Part shown: positions 51,583-62,996 of the stretch, in pieces
Numbering within the stretch: the stretch's first letter is position 1
Layout of the letters: each line of letters opens with the position of its first letter
Translations under genes and position numbers: made by a program
Assembly (NCBI RefSeq): GCF_037042905.1
Contig: NC_087252.1
Location: 14,820,001-14,884,000, forward strand
Length of the DNA: 64,000 nt
Reading direction: 5' to 3'
DNA from: Lytechinus pictus
Taxonomy: Eukaryota
The notes under the pieces: generated by a model
Told to the model about the DNA's origin: nothing
The model's database searches: none
Seen by the model: only the letters and a program-made list of their open reading frames with translations

Positions 51583-52822
51583 TTTTCTTTATGCATTTAT
51601 ACTTGATCCTGTATTTCTAAATATTCCATTAACTTCTGATGCCTCACTTTCAGTAATACTGATTGTAATAAATAATTGTAAGTTTTGTTATTGCACTATT
51701 ACTATTAGTTTTACACTTACATATATATGAAATGAATTTTCCTCAAATTTATCACACATGACACATCCACCTTACTGATTTAATTCATTGAATTTATTCA
51801 TATAATTTTCCCCCGTTCCAACTCAACTCTATTTCTTTCTTTTTTCCACATTGTAATAACAGATTAAACGACGATGATAAATGTTGTAAATAGCTCTTAC
51901 TTGAATCTAATGTGTTTCACACGTTCCCACATGCTCCCCTTGCTTCCATTGCTTCAATGTTTGTTTCTTTTTAAATATATCTAAATGTGTTTTGATGACA
52001 TTTTAATCTCTCGAAAGTCTCTGAAAACTTTTTTGCTCTAGGCAACTGCCTTCATTTTATATGTTTATCATTCTGTATTTGTTCTAGTATTAGTAAGGAA
52101 ACTGAAATTGGGAGCGCTTTGTGCCATTCGGGAAAAGCGTGTTATAAATATGGGGTATTATCAATATGTATTTTTATTCATTTCTTTTTTTGTAAATTGT
52201 AAACTATCGACCGTTGATGGGAGAGCCTTTAATATGAACTAGTTTCCTTTTGGTTTTTCCTGGCCATTGGTCAATGGGTCTTTTGATGTTCGTATATTCA
52301 TGATATTTGTAATGTATTGTATTTTTTCTGAAAGAAATAAAGTATAAAATACAATGAATAAATTTCTGAATGACCTCCACCATGTCTTAGCTGAATATTG
52401 AGTAATAATATAAGATTCTATGTAAGCTTACACGGTGCATACTACCTTTTACTGTATATATGTAAACCTTTTTATTAAATGAGGACTCTAGAGATGAAAC
52501 TAACTATATCTAGATGAATAAAGTTTAAAGTCATAGAGCATTATGCTGAAAATTTCATCAGAAATCTAATAAGAAGTTTAGTACAAGTTAATTCATTTCG
52601 TGTAAGTGCATTTATACATTTTGTTCAAATTTTGATTTACATAAGTTCAATTCTAAATATCATATTACTATCCTTCTAGTCTAAACTTTAGGTGTTCTTT
52701 TTGTACAATTTTATGGATAGCTCCAACTAATTCTGCTGCAATTAATCAATTACGTAATTATTATTCAATCACGACTCTAAATTTAGAAACGCAATGAAAT
52801 ACAGTGGTATTCCAAAGTATAA

Positions 52823-53695
52823 TGTGTTACGATACTGCAACAAATAACAAGTAAATAATTTGAAATTTAGATTTAATTTCCTTTTTTTTTTATTACAGGA
52901 AATTAATTAAGTACACACAAACAAATCATAAATGATGATGGTCTTACGTCTCTTGAGATTAGTTCTGGCAATTAATCCAAATGATAGTATCCAGATAAAA
53001 GTCCAAGTTGGCTGGCAAAAAAAATCACAATGATGGCGATGATGAAACTGATGTTGAAGCACGATGAATAACAAGAGTCACTGTAACGAGTTGAAATGTC
53101 TGGGAAGATGATGTTGATGATGATTAATAGTCACATTCAGCAATCCATGAGTTGAAAAGCGTTCATTAAACAGGTTGATGATGTTCATGATCTCGATGAG
53201 AACTGAGAATTCCTCTCTCAAAATAACAGCAAACAGTTCATTGATGGCGGGTAAATAATTCCACAGAGATGAATATTCCAGGTGGAAATAAACTCTGCTC
53301 TGACATAAAGTCTGGCGTGAAACTCTAAGTTCTGATCTGATATGATGAAGTGATCTGATATGATCAAGTGATCTAATATGATATGATGAAGTGATCTAAT
53401 AATGATATGATGAAGTCCTTGAAGAAACTTCAGCTATATATACACATTTCAACTATTCTAGATCATTCTAGTATTCACTATTCTAGAGACTTCTATCATT
53501 GTCTGATACAGAACATTCTTGAATGACCTCATTGAAATCAACAGTGTCAACAAAATAGCTAAGTCTATTGTTGATTTCCACTACCAATACAAGTCTATTA
53601 TAAAGCAATCGCTATTGTTTAGCAGTCTGTATTGTCTCTCTTGGGACATTCAAGGGATAACAAAGATTATTCAAAGATTATTCATGTGTAACACA
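52823..53695 (-). mobile_element. Possible solo LTR
   Basis: Inverted termini TGTGTTAC...GTAACACA, an internal TATA-like run (~53435) and short tandem TGATCTGATA repeats. No TSD found. Confidence 0.3.
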
Positions 53696-54599
53696 GCTGT
53701 ACTATAAAGCCTTCTTCAATACGAAAATTTATACCCTTGAAAACTGGTTAGTAATGTCACAATCAATCACATTTATACTTTTAAATGTACATGTATATAG
53801 GTGCAAAATATTTAGATGTAAATCGTATTTTTATGTAAATTTGCATTATTAGTCTTCGGACTGCTACACACACTACAATGTATGTACATGTATGTAATAG
53901 ACTAATAATGAATTGAATGAAAAATAACACAAATTTACTGAATTTGGAAATGTAGAGAGATTTCGTGAAAGCACTTATGGGCACGCCAGTACGAATATTC
54001 TTAAAGGTGGGATGATCATATTACCTAGCGTTAATTCTTTAACTTAGACTTGTTATATATTCTTTATGCCATCTTTATTCGCCGAAAAAGTAATAATAAT
54101 TATTATATATTAATATCTATGATAGTAATGATAATAAAAACAATGGTACTTTCATGAACACTTTTGTTTCATTGTGGTCGTCTCCTTACATGAGATGCTG
54201 GAGAATGATTAAGCTTGACCATGTTGACATTTCATTAATTTTGAAAGATCGAAAATTTAAAAGTCAAGTCTGCCCCATAAAAAAATATTTATTTGAATAA
54301 AAAGAAAATATTTCAAACAAGCACAACACTAAAAAAAAAATCATCAAAATGTAAAATAAGAAAGTTAAGGCATTTTCGAATTTCGCTTATTTTTCATAAA
54401 ATAATTATAAACTCAACTCAGTGACAGGGAGTGACAGAGTCGATGATGTCCCTCACATTTCTTTTTTATCGATGTGACATTTATTTAAAGACCGACTTGA
54501 CTGAACCATAAAATGTTGAACAATGAAAATTGTACATTTTCAGTGAGGAAGAAAATAATAATTTATATGAAAAAATACAGAAGTGGTGAGTGGGTGACG

Positions 54600-57500
54600 T
54601 CATCAGTCGCCTCATTTGCATACTACTACATCCCCCAAGTAAAAAGATGCTTTCGCTGCCAAATATTTGGACACGGAATTGCACAGTGTAGGGCAAAGTT
54701 ATGTTGTGTAAGGTGCGGGCAAGACCATAGTTTCGAGGAGTGTAATAATAAAGATAATCATACCTGCCCCAATTGTGGGGGAGACCATTCGGCAGCATTT
54801 GGAGGATGTCCTGAAGCTAAGAGAGCACAAACAAAACAGACAGTCAAAGTAAAAAACAATATTACTAATGCAGAAGCTGCAAAACTGTTATCGCAAGAGG
54901 AAAACTCACGACAAATACCACCAGAAGTTCAAGTTGAATTACCAACTAATCGTTTAATTAACCGCCAGCAAGAGTCTTTTCCCCTCCCACCCCAACCTAT
55001 GAGAACCGTCCGCCCCAAAATCCGCCAGGTATAACCAAACCAGATACCCAACCCTGCAGCCCCATTCCCCAAACAGAAGAAACAATAACAGGGAAGAAAC
55101 TCCCTCTCCGGGTAATCTCTTTGCCCAAATGAGTGATGAGAATCTTATCTCATTCTTTGTCAAATCAGCTGCAGGTAGACTATTACAACAAAGTGTTCTC
55201 AGCAATGCCAATGATGAACTGGGCTAGTCTAATGCTGATGACTGGTGCGCTAACCATATTCCAGTAGAACGCGCAGGGGCTGTTAAATCACGGCCCCGAA
55301 CTTATAAATCACTTGAATATGCATTAAGTCCTTTATCATATAATCTGTATCCAAGAGTGGAGATCATATACTGGATATCCCAAAATATATATGTTTTAAT
55401 AGAAACAGAGAAAATCGTTCTTAATGAGGTTGCGCAATTTACATAAAGGAATCCTTTAATTATATATGAATACCCCATTAATGATAAAGAAATTGAAATG
55501 CAATTTACTAAAATACATATTGATGGAAAAGCGATCTCCGTTGTAAATTTCTATAATTCATGCAAAAAAATGGATGATGTTATCTTAAACAAAACCACCA
55601 ATGGTATAGATAACAACCTTTTCCTTATAGTTGGGGATTTCAATTCCCACAATCCTGTATGGGGCAGTACAAAAACAGACCAAAATGGTAAAGTGATTGA
55701 AAACTTCATCCATGAAAGAAACTTTGTATTTTTAAATGATGGAACAGGAACTAGAATAGATCCACATACTGGGAAAACGTCTTGTCTCGACCTCAGTATC
55801 ACATCCCCTCTGCTATCTGGTAAGTGTACTTGAAAAGTTCTGCAACAAACTTTTGGGAGCGATCATTTTCCCATATTTACCCAAATATTACTGGATAGAA
55901 CCAGGCAGGTAAATAATCAAAGGGTCAATGAAGAAATAAACTGGTCTTTTAAGAAATTTCATTGGAATTCTTTCACTAGAAAGTGTCAAAGAAGTCTAAA
56001 AGGAGATAGAGATATCCTAACCGACCAAACTGATATGTATAGTGATTTTATTAATAAACTAACAAATATTATAAGTGATTAATGCCCAAGAAGGGCAAAA
56101 AAATACAACCCCGTTCCTTGATGGACAGACGATTGCACAAAAATCATCAAAGAAATAAATAGGGCTAATAATAAATTAAAAAGACATATATTCGCAGAAT
56201 ATTTGAACATTTATTTAAAGAAGAAAGCAGAAGCCAAAAAGATTCTGCGCCAATCAGAAAAATAAGATATTGGGAAGATTTCTGTCGAAGACTAAATCCC
56301 TATGTACCAGAATCCATGATCTGGCACACCATTAAAAGACTGAAGGGGTCGGTCAACAACAAACGAAAATCTAAAAACATGCCAATCTTACTGGTTAATG
56401 AAAAGGAAATGTTGTGTGAAAAATCTGAGGCTTTTTCTTCCTTTTTCCAATCTATAAGTCAAATTGAAGAATGCACGGGAATAAAAGGCAATGAACACAT
56501 TGCAATCAGGTCAATGAACCTGGGAATGGAATATGTTTTGAATGAACCTTTTACGTTTCAGGAATTACTCTCAATACTCGTAAACAATCATCCCCTGGGG
56601 AAGACATGATCCCTTACCAGTTGTATCAAAAACTTCCGAATGAAAGTAAGAATTACATGCTAAAGGTCATGAATTGGATATGGGACACGGGGGCCATACC
56701 CCCAAATTTGAAACATTCTATAGTAATCCCTGTACTAAAGCAGGACCAAGACCCTCATACTGTTTCATCATATTGACCCATAGTACTAACTTCGTGCTTT
56801 GCTATAAAGATACTTCAACAGATTGTAAAAAAATAGACTTCAGTGGTACTTGGAAAAGAAAGAAATATTCCCACCTTTTATGATAGGTTTTCGCTCCAAA
56901 CGTAGTTTGGTGGATAATATAATACTTCTAGAGAACACGAATCAAAGAAGTACTAATATTGGTGAATATACATTAGTAGTATTCCTTGATATTGAAAAAG
57001 CATATGATCGACTCGATATCAAAATCTTAATATACAAACTAGCATCATATTATGATATCTCGGGCAATATGCAACAATTCTTGAATAACTAGTTGAAGGA
57101 GCGAACTTTTCATGCGAAGATTGGACAGGAAAAATAAAAATGCCATGAAATATACAATGATGTGTGATATCCCGACTGATGAATCTGTTACAACATCCAT
57201 ATAATTATGTGGACAACTGTGATGTCTGGATATCGGGTGCCGATATAGAGCTATTTCAAAACAATTACAATATAATTTGAATAAATTGATTAATTTTTTT
57301 ACCAAATTGGAATTGGTCTCTCACAGAGCAAAACAGTTCCAGTACTTTTTTTTACTAAGAAGAGGAAAATCAAATATCCGGAGCTCAGGTTAAACAATGC
57401 TGCCCTGACCTTCAAATCTGAGAAAAATTTCTTAGGAATGATATTTGATCAAAAACTGTCATAGAAAAATAATATAGATATGATCATTTCAAAATGTAAA

Positions 57501-58052
57501 CGTAAGATGAATATTTTGAGGTGGTTAACAGGTACGACGTGGGGAAGCTCCTCAAAATCGTTACTGATTGTATATAAAGCACTAAAAAGATCATTATCAG
57601 ATTTTGGCTGTGAAGCTTTTGATAGTGCGCCCTCATACATCAAAAAGTCCTTAGATCATATTCAATATCAGTCTCTGAGAATATGTGCAGGAGCTCTTCC
57701 CCTAACATCACTTGCTGCCTTACAAAAAGAATGTGAAAATGCCCATATACGCAGGCAGATGCTTGCAGATATTCTAAGACAAAAAATTGCTATACATCGT
57801 GATCATCCTGTTAACGTCAAGCAAAACTGGCAAATGGAGATATTAAAACAACAACAAAATTATAAACCTTTTGGATGTAGGACAGAATTGATGAATGAAA
57901 AACCAATTGAAACTTATACTGTATCTTGTCTCCCCCCATGGACAATGATTCTTCCAAAGGTTTCTCTAGAATTGAGTGAAGTACTGAATAAACAACAAAA
58001 CCCCTCATATTTAAAACAACGTAGCTTGAAACTTATAGGATGTAAATGGTCA
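54600..58052 (+). mobile_element. Decayed I-group (I/Nimb-like) LINE: ORF1 zinc knuckles, EN and RT fragments
   Basis: CFRCQIFGHGIAQC, CVRCGQDHSFEEC, CPNCGGDH; GDFNSHNPVWGS, CLDLSI, GSDHFPI; FLDIEKAYD; LTGTTWG...YKAL. Many stops; ends before any RNase H domain. Confidence 0.85.
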
Positions 58053-58053
58053 A

Positions 58054-58169
58054 ACGTCTTTCGGATGGTGACGTTAAAGGTCGGTTCCAGACGTAAATAA
58101 TCATATGTGATTGATACACGTCTGACAAAACTCAAATACACAAACACACACACACACACACACACACAC
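58054..58169 (+). mobile_element. 5'-truncated copy of the adjacent SINE
   Basis: Near-identical to 58265-58367 (ACGTCTTTCGGATGGTGA...GTCTGACAAAACTCAA + (CA)n). Confidence 0.8.
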
Positions 58170-58178
58170 GCTACAACA

Positions 58179-58367
58179 GCTGGGCGTTGTGGCGTGCGCC
58201 TGTAATCCAAGCTACGTGGGTAAGTTACAAATTGATGCAGAGGTTCGAGGTTCGAACCCTGGTCACGTCTTTCGGATGGTGATGTTAAAGGTCTGTCCCA
58301 GACGTAAATAATCATTTCTGATTGATACACGTCTGACAAAACTCAAGTACACACACACACACACACA
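58179..58367 (+). mobile_element. Candidate SINE with 7SL (Alu-domain) head, B box and (CA)n tail
   Basis: Begins GCTGGGCGTTGTGGCGTGCGCCTGTAATCCAAGCTAC (cf. 7SL 5' end GCCGGGCGCGGTGGCGCGTGCCTGTAGTCCCAGCTAC). GGTTCGAACCC at 58249-58259; (CA)n tail. Confidence 0.75.
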
Positions 58368-58462
58368 GTCGCACTTGAGACAAATGTCTTAAAGTTTATA
58401 GAATATCGTTAGGGACGATTTCTTAGACAAGCAAAATGCTAAGACAAATTTCTAAGACTTAA

Positions 58463-59043
58463 AGGAAACCAAAACCCAAGAAGAGAAGCAATCTTATTGG
58501 AAATAGTAAAATGAGAGGAACAATTAAAAAAAAGTTTCATCAAAATCGGTTATGAAATAAGCAAGTTATGGACGATTAAAAAGTCTTGTTGTACTTACTA
58601 TGCGGATCCTCAAATTGGCAAACGTGCTTCAAAATGGCTGATTTTGTGGACAACTCTCCATTTGTTTTGTACACATATTTTCAGATTTTCCCCTTTATTT
58701 TACATATTTCACATTATCTCCCCCTGACCTTGACATATATGGTGTGGATCATATTTTCCCATGACATATGTTGTGCTCAGAAGGAGGCAAGATGCAATTT
58801 GAAAAATAATGAGGAAAATCTGAAAATTTGTGTACAAAACAAATGGAGAGTTGTCCACAAAATCAGCCATTTTGAAGCACGTTTGCCAATTTGAGGATGC
58901 GCATAGAAAGTACAACAAGAGTTTTCAAACTCCCATAACTTGCTTATTTCATAACCGATTTTGATGAAACTTTTTTTTTAAATTGTTCCTCTCATTTTAC
59001 TCTTTCCTATAAGATTGCTTCTCTTCTTGGGTTTTGGTTTCCT
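58463..59043. mobile_element. Palindromic TTAA-flanked MITE (Kolobok-like)
   Basis: ttaa|AGGAAACCAAAACCCAAG...CTTGGGTTTTGGTTTCCT|ttaa; ~230-bp near-perfect arms, which explain the mirrored ORFs 58586+ and 58709-. Confidence 0.85.
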
Positions 59044-59410
59044 TTAAGCAAAAAGCTTATCTCGTTTATGGAATACGGGCCCAGGTGACTAGAATAGCAC
59101 ACAAATGAAGACTCTATGAAGGTATTTGTTGCATTTCTTCTTTGAATGCATTAGCATGTTGCTTTCAACTATGTACTTGGTCAATTGTGAAATACCACTC
59201 GCTAGCAGACGCATTGGTGGTTTTTTGTGGATCTAATGAAGAACACAATTCAAAAGAATATATGAACAATCAAGTTGGTGCTTATCTCATTGAATATTAA
59301 ACCACTATGTCACTTAAGTATACTAATGACCTACTTCTGATCATGCGCAGAATGGAACTCCGAAGTGGCTTACTGATATGGCTTTAAAATTATTCTTATC
59401 ATATACATAC

Positions 59411-59492
59411 CAGTCATAGCAAAGTGCAGTGAATTAATGAGCGCGGATTTCCCAACAGCAATAATAGATAGCAAGTCTGATTATCTCACATC
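59411..59492 (-). pseudogene. Damaged P-loop NTPase/GTPase exon (IIRLAIY / IAVGKSALINSLHFAMT)
   Basis: Acceptor ttttactattaactgcag|, donor ACTG|gtatgt. The phase-1 frame reads CEIIRLAIY, and a shifted frame then reads IAVGKSALINSLHFAMT, i.e. beta-strand + Walker A + helix with a frameshift where the first Gly should be. Confidence 0.5.
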
Positions 59493-59548
59493 CTGCAGTT
59501 AATAGTAAAACCGTCCATGAATTCAGTTAATCTGAATAGAGACATACT

Positions 59549-59741
59549 GCCCTTTCACACGGTAAAAAAAATCGTAATTTGAATGATGATTCAAGTGAAA
59601 AATAAGGCTAATGACGCATTTTTAGCACGTGTGAAACCAAACTTGAACATGATTAGAATCACGAATGCTAAAAATGCACAGTCACGATTACAATAGCAAT
59701 CATCATTACAATGATGATACAAGATTCACGTGTGAAAAGGC
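59549..59741. mobile_element. Small MITE (Harbinger-like)
   Basis: GCCCTTTCACACG...CGTGTGAAAAGGGC inverted ends. Confidence 0.55.
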
Positions 59742-60274
59742 CCTTATTTACATTTAGCCCAGCTGTTTAGGGAACAGTTTTTTATCTGTTCCGTTAAGCC
59801 TATCTCAACATGAACTGGCAATATCTTTGGTTTCGGGTCCGGCAACAAATCCAAGATGGCCACCATTTCCCCAGAAAATCACTTTTTTGGCCATAACTTT
59901 GTTATTTTCTGGAATTTTCACATGTTTCGGTGTATTTATCGATGTTCAAGGGGTCATGGATTCAATTTATGCATACATGGAGAGTCACTGACAGATGATT
60001 AGAAGTCTTAAGGCAATTTGAACTAAAATTCATAATGTTTCTTGCAAAATTTTGCATATTTGTCTTAGGCTGCACAATAGATGCATAGTTGCTTTCCCAA
60101 TCATCGCGACACTCATTTGAATAAATACTCGCAAAAAGTGTACTATTACAGACCAAAATACTGATTTTTAAGGAGAGTCGGCATCAGAAAAATGGGCAGT
60201 TCGACCTTACAATAAAATAAATATGACTGATTTTTTTCTACAGAAGCGGATATTAAATGTGTCTGACAGCTTAA

Positions 60275-60652
60275 AGTGATTGGTTAACATTGGTTTGACT
60301 TTTAAAAAATCTGAGCTAGAAGGTCACACATGTCACCTGTGTCTGTAACATGTTACAAAAATGAACCCCAGAAAAAATTGCGTTCGAAAATAATTATGTA
60401 GTGCTTCAAAAATTGAAATATAAAGTGACCGAAAACACCATCTTAATTTCATCCCATACACTTATGTGTACTATTTAGGCGTCTATAAGACGCCTATTTA
60501 CAAAATCGGGGTTTGCCTTGTAGTTTTAGCTTTTCATTCTCAATAATGGTTGTTTTCAGGGTTTATTAGTTCGAATACATGCACTTGTACACATGTTTCA
60601 TCTTGGTTTGAGAATTTTTTAAATCAGCTGCTCACAAAGTTAAACTATACCT
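60275..60652. mobile_element. TTAA-flanked element sharing its right end with the repeat ending at ~9940
   Basis: Both end AATCAGCTGCTCACAAAGTTAAAC...CCT|ttaa. Confidence 0.55.
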
Positions 60653-61523
60653 TTAATGAAGGCACAGGAAAAAAAGATGTCTCAAAACAGGGGTTTTTTA
60701 ATCGAAATTCATAATTACTTCTTAACCTTTGACGGATTTTTGTCAAATTTTCACAATCAGGTTTCTTTTGACATTATGCTTTTATCAAAATTAACTGTAA
60801 ACCAGGGTAAACATGTATCTGATAATATGTTATTTTCTTTTAACCCTTATATACGGAAATACTACAAACAATTGCAAGTATAATTTATTTCTTGTTGTAA
60901 TCATTATCCTTGTGGCATTTAGATATTGTAAATTATCATCAGAATCGTCATTGTAGTACCCATAATCCTTGTCAGGATCATCCATACTATGACCATTATC
61001 ATTACTGTTGCGCCTGACTCACCACATCATTCTATGAATTAGCCCTCAAACAATACGTGAAGATTGTTTTTCTGTCTTATAAATAAAGGCCATCACTTCA
61101 AAATGCATTGTTATGGAAAGATAAATTTATCTTTTAAACGCTTGTTTGGTATTGCCTTTACCCCTTCATTTTTATATTTTTGAATATTCATTTTCGTTTT
61201 TTTTTCTGCATTCAAATAAAAATTCAAATCTGTATCATAAAGTTATCAATTTATCTATATTCTACAATTAATTACTCGCAACTTATTTCACCGGGACCTG
61301 CAGTTTTTACGAGCTTGCTTTCATGTATGTCCCTTCTTTGACTTAAATTAAGCTTTTATATTGTAACTTGACTGATTGTATCATTATTTATGTTATTTTA
61401 TACTTCTCAATTGTTTATAATGAAATAGTCATGTATTATTGTTGCTGCTTTTTATGTGAATCTAATGTCAATGAGAAATATTAAAAGAAACTAAATAAAA
61501 TAAAAATGATATATTTTACTTAC

Positions 61524-61798
61524 TTCGTTTATCAGGTAATGGAAGATATCTTTCACTGAGGTCAACCCTACCAAGCTTCTTCACGCCCTGCCTTAGGGCG
61601 TCCCTCTGGTCGAAAGGATGATGCGTTTCCCGCCAATGTTGGAGTATTCTTCGCGATCCTTCAATGTAGTCTTCGCGTTCTGCCGGCCGGTCGATGAAGT
61701 TAGCTGTTTTCATCCCGAGAGCAGCCCCAAGGTCGTTCATCCCGTCATGACCGATTTCTGAAGCGACTTCCACCAGAATTTTATCAAATTCATCCATC
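61524..61798 (-). CDS. Third death-domain-like first coding exon (ATG 61797)
   Basis: MDEFDKILVEVASEIGHDGMNDLGAALGMKTANFIDRPAEREDYIEGSRRILQHWRETHHPFDQRDALRQGVKKLGRVDLSERYLPLPDKR shares DKIL.EVA...DLG.ALG...EGS...L..W...R.D with the 21.7-kb exon. Acceptor tttattacctttatag|G-ATG; donor CGAA|gtaagt (phase 1). Confidence 0.85.
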
Positions 61799-62018
61799 CT
61801 ATAAAGGTAATAAAGACATAAAGAAACATAGTTATGATAACTTTCCTTTTTTACATTGATTTTTCAAATTTTCGACTTTTCATTATTGAATCTGGAATTT
61901 TCTTACGAAGGATTTATATTCATGTAGTTTCTGGGGTCTTTATCTCTATCATATAGATCTGAAGTTTGGAGTACAATTACAAATGTCATAAGGAGGAATA
62001 TGGTGAAAAATCTATAGG

Positions 62019-62230
62019 CACTAGCGTACTCAAGGGGGGGGGGCAGGGGGCAGACTGCCCCCCTGACGAGTCACAACTCAAGCAAGGGACGTACGTTTTG
62101 CTTGTCATTTTTTTTATGATGCGTAATGTCTTTTATTTGTGGTTGAAGACCTTTTTTTTTTTGCTTTTCCATTTTTTTGGCGGACGAATTTGCCCCCCCC
62201 CCCCTTTGGAAAATCCTGGGTATGCCACTG
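62019..62230. mobile_element. hAT-type MITE
   Basis: CACTAGCGTAC...GTATGCCACTG ends with G/C runs; exact 8-bp TSD TCTATAGG. Confidence 0.85.
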
Positions 62231-62682
62231 TCTATAGGTAAAAGTTGGTAAAAACAGGCAATACTTTAATCATGAATTCGATAATGTGCATAATGATATC
62301 TTAAACTCATCCATAATGTCATACGTAAATATTGTAAGAAAGATAAAACTCCCATACTCGATCCTGAAAATATTCCTTTCTCGCAAAAAAAAAATTCATG
62401 AAAATATGTAAAACCTCAGTCTCTGGAAAGATTTGACGAACAATTGAAATTTATTCGACGGCAGGTATAGTCGGAGAGGAAATAAATTGAGAAAATCTAG
62501 ACGATTCAAATGTAAAATAAGGCAAAAAAATATTTGTGTCCTATTCACAATTCTATTTTCAGAACAAATATAACCAAGCTGTCACCGAGCGCTCAAAATC
62601 TACCGATAAAAACAGGGAGGTACAAAAGACTTGAGAGAATAATACTATAGAATGTAATATGAATTTTTAAAATGAATACTAT

Positions 62683-62996
62683 GGCCCGTATTTTGAAGTC
62701 GGGTTTAAATTAAACTCAGGTTTAAGGTTGTGGTTTCAGTATGGGAAGCCAAGAGTATCAATTTTTTTGTATTACGTTGTATGTTTTTTATGTTTATTGT
62801 GCTCTTTCCTGATCTATCCATGGTGAAGACAATAATCTATTTATACTTCCCTAGACAATTTTGAATGATTTGAGAGCCAAATGAGCTGGAGTATGATATA
62901 TCTACTGTTAGAGATTTATGTAATAATTGGCTATCTATACTTAAACCACAACTTTAAACCTGAGTTTAAGTTAAACCCGACTTCAGAATACGGGCC
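62683..62996. mobile_element. PIF/Harbinger-type MITE
   Basis: GGCCCGTATTTTGAAGTCGGGTTTAA...TTAAACCCGACTTCAGAATACGGGCC; 3-bp TSD TAT. Confidence 0.8.

Noticed and set aside
58179..58367. True 7SL RNA gene or human Alu contamination
   Set aside because: Similarity stops after ~37 nt. There is no S domain, Alu dimer or poly(A), and it is fused to a locally duplicated (CA)n-tailed body.
59166..59232. Further DD3-gene exon (DPQKTTNASASEWYFTIDQ)
   Set aside because: Plausible acceptor, but a weak donor and no recognisable GTPase motif.
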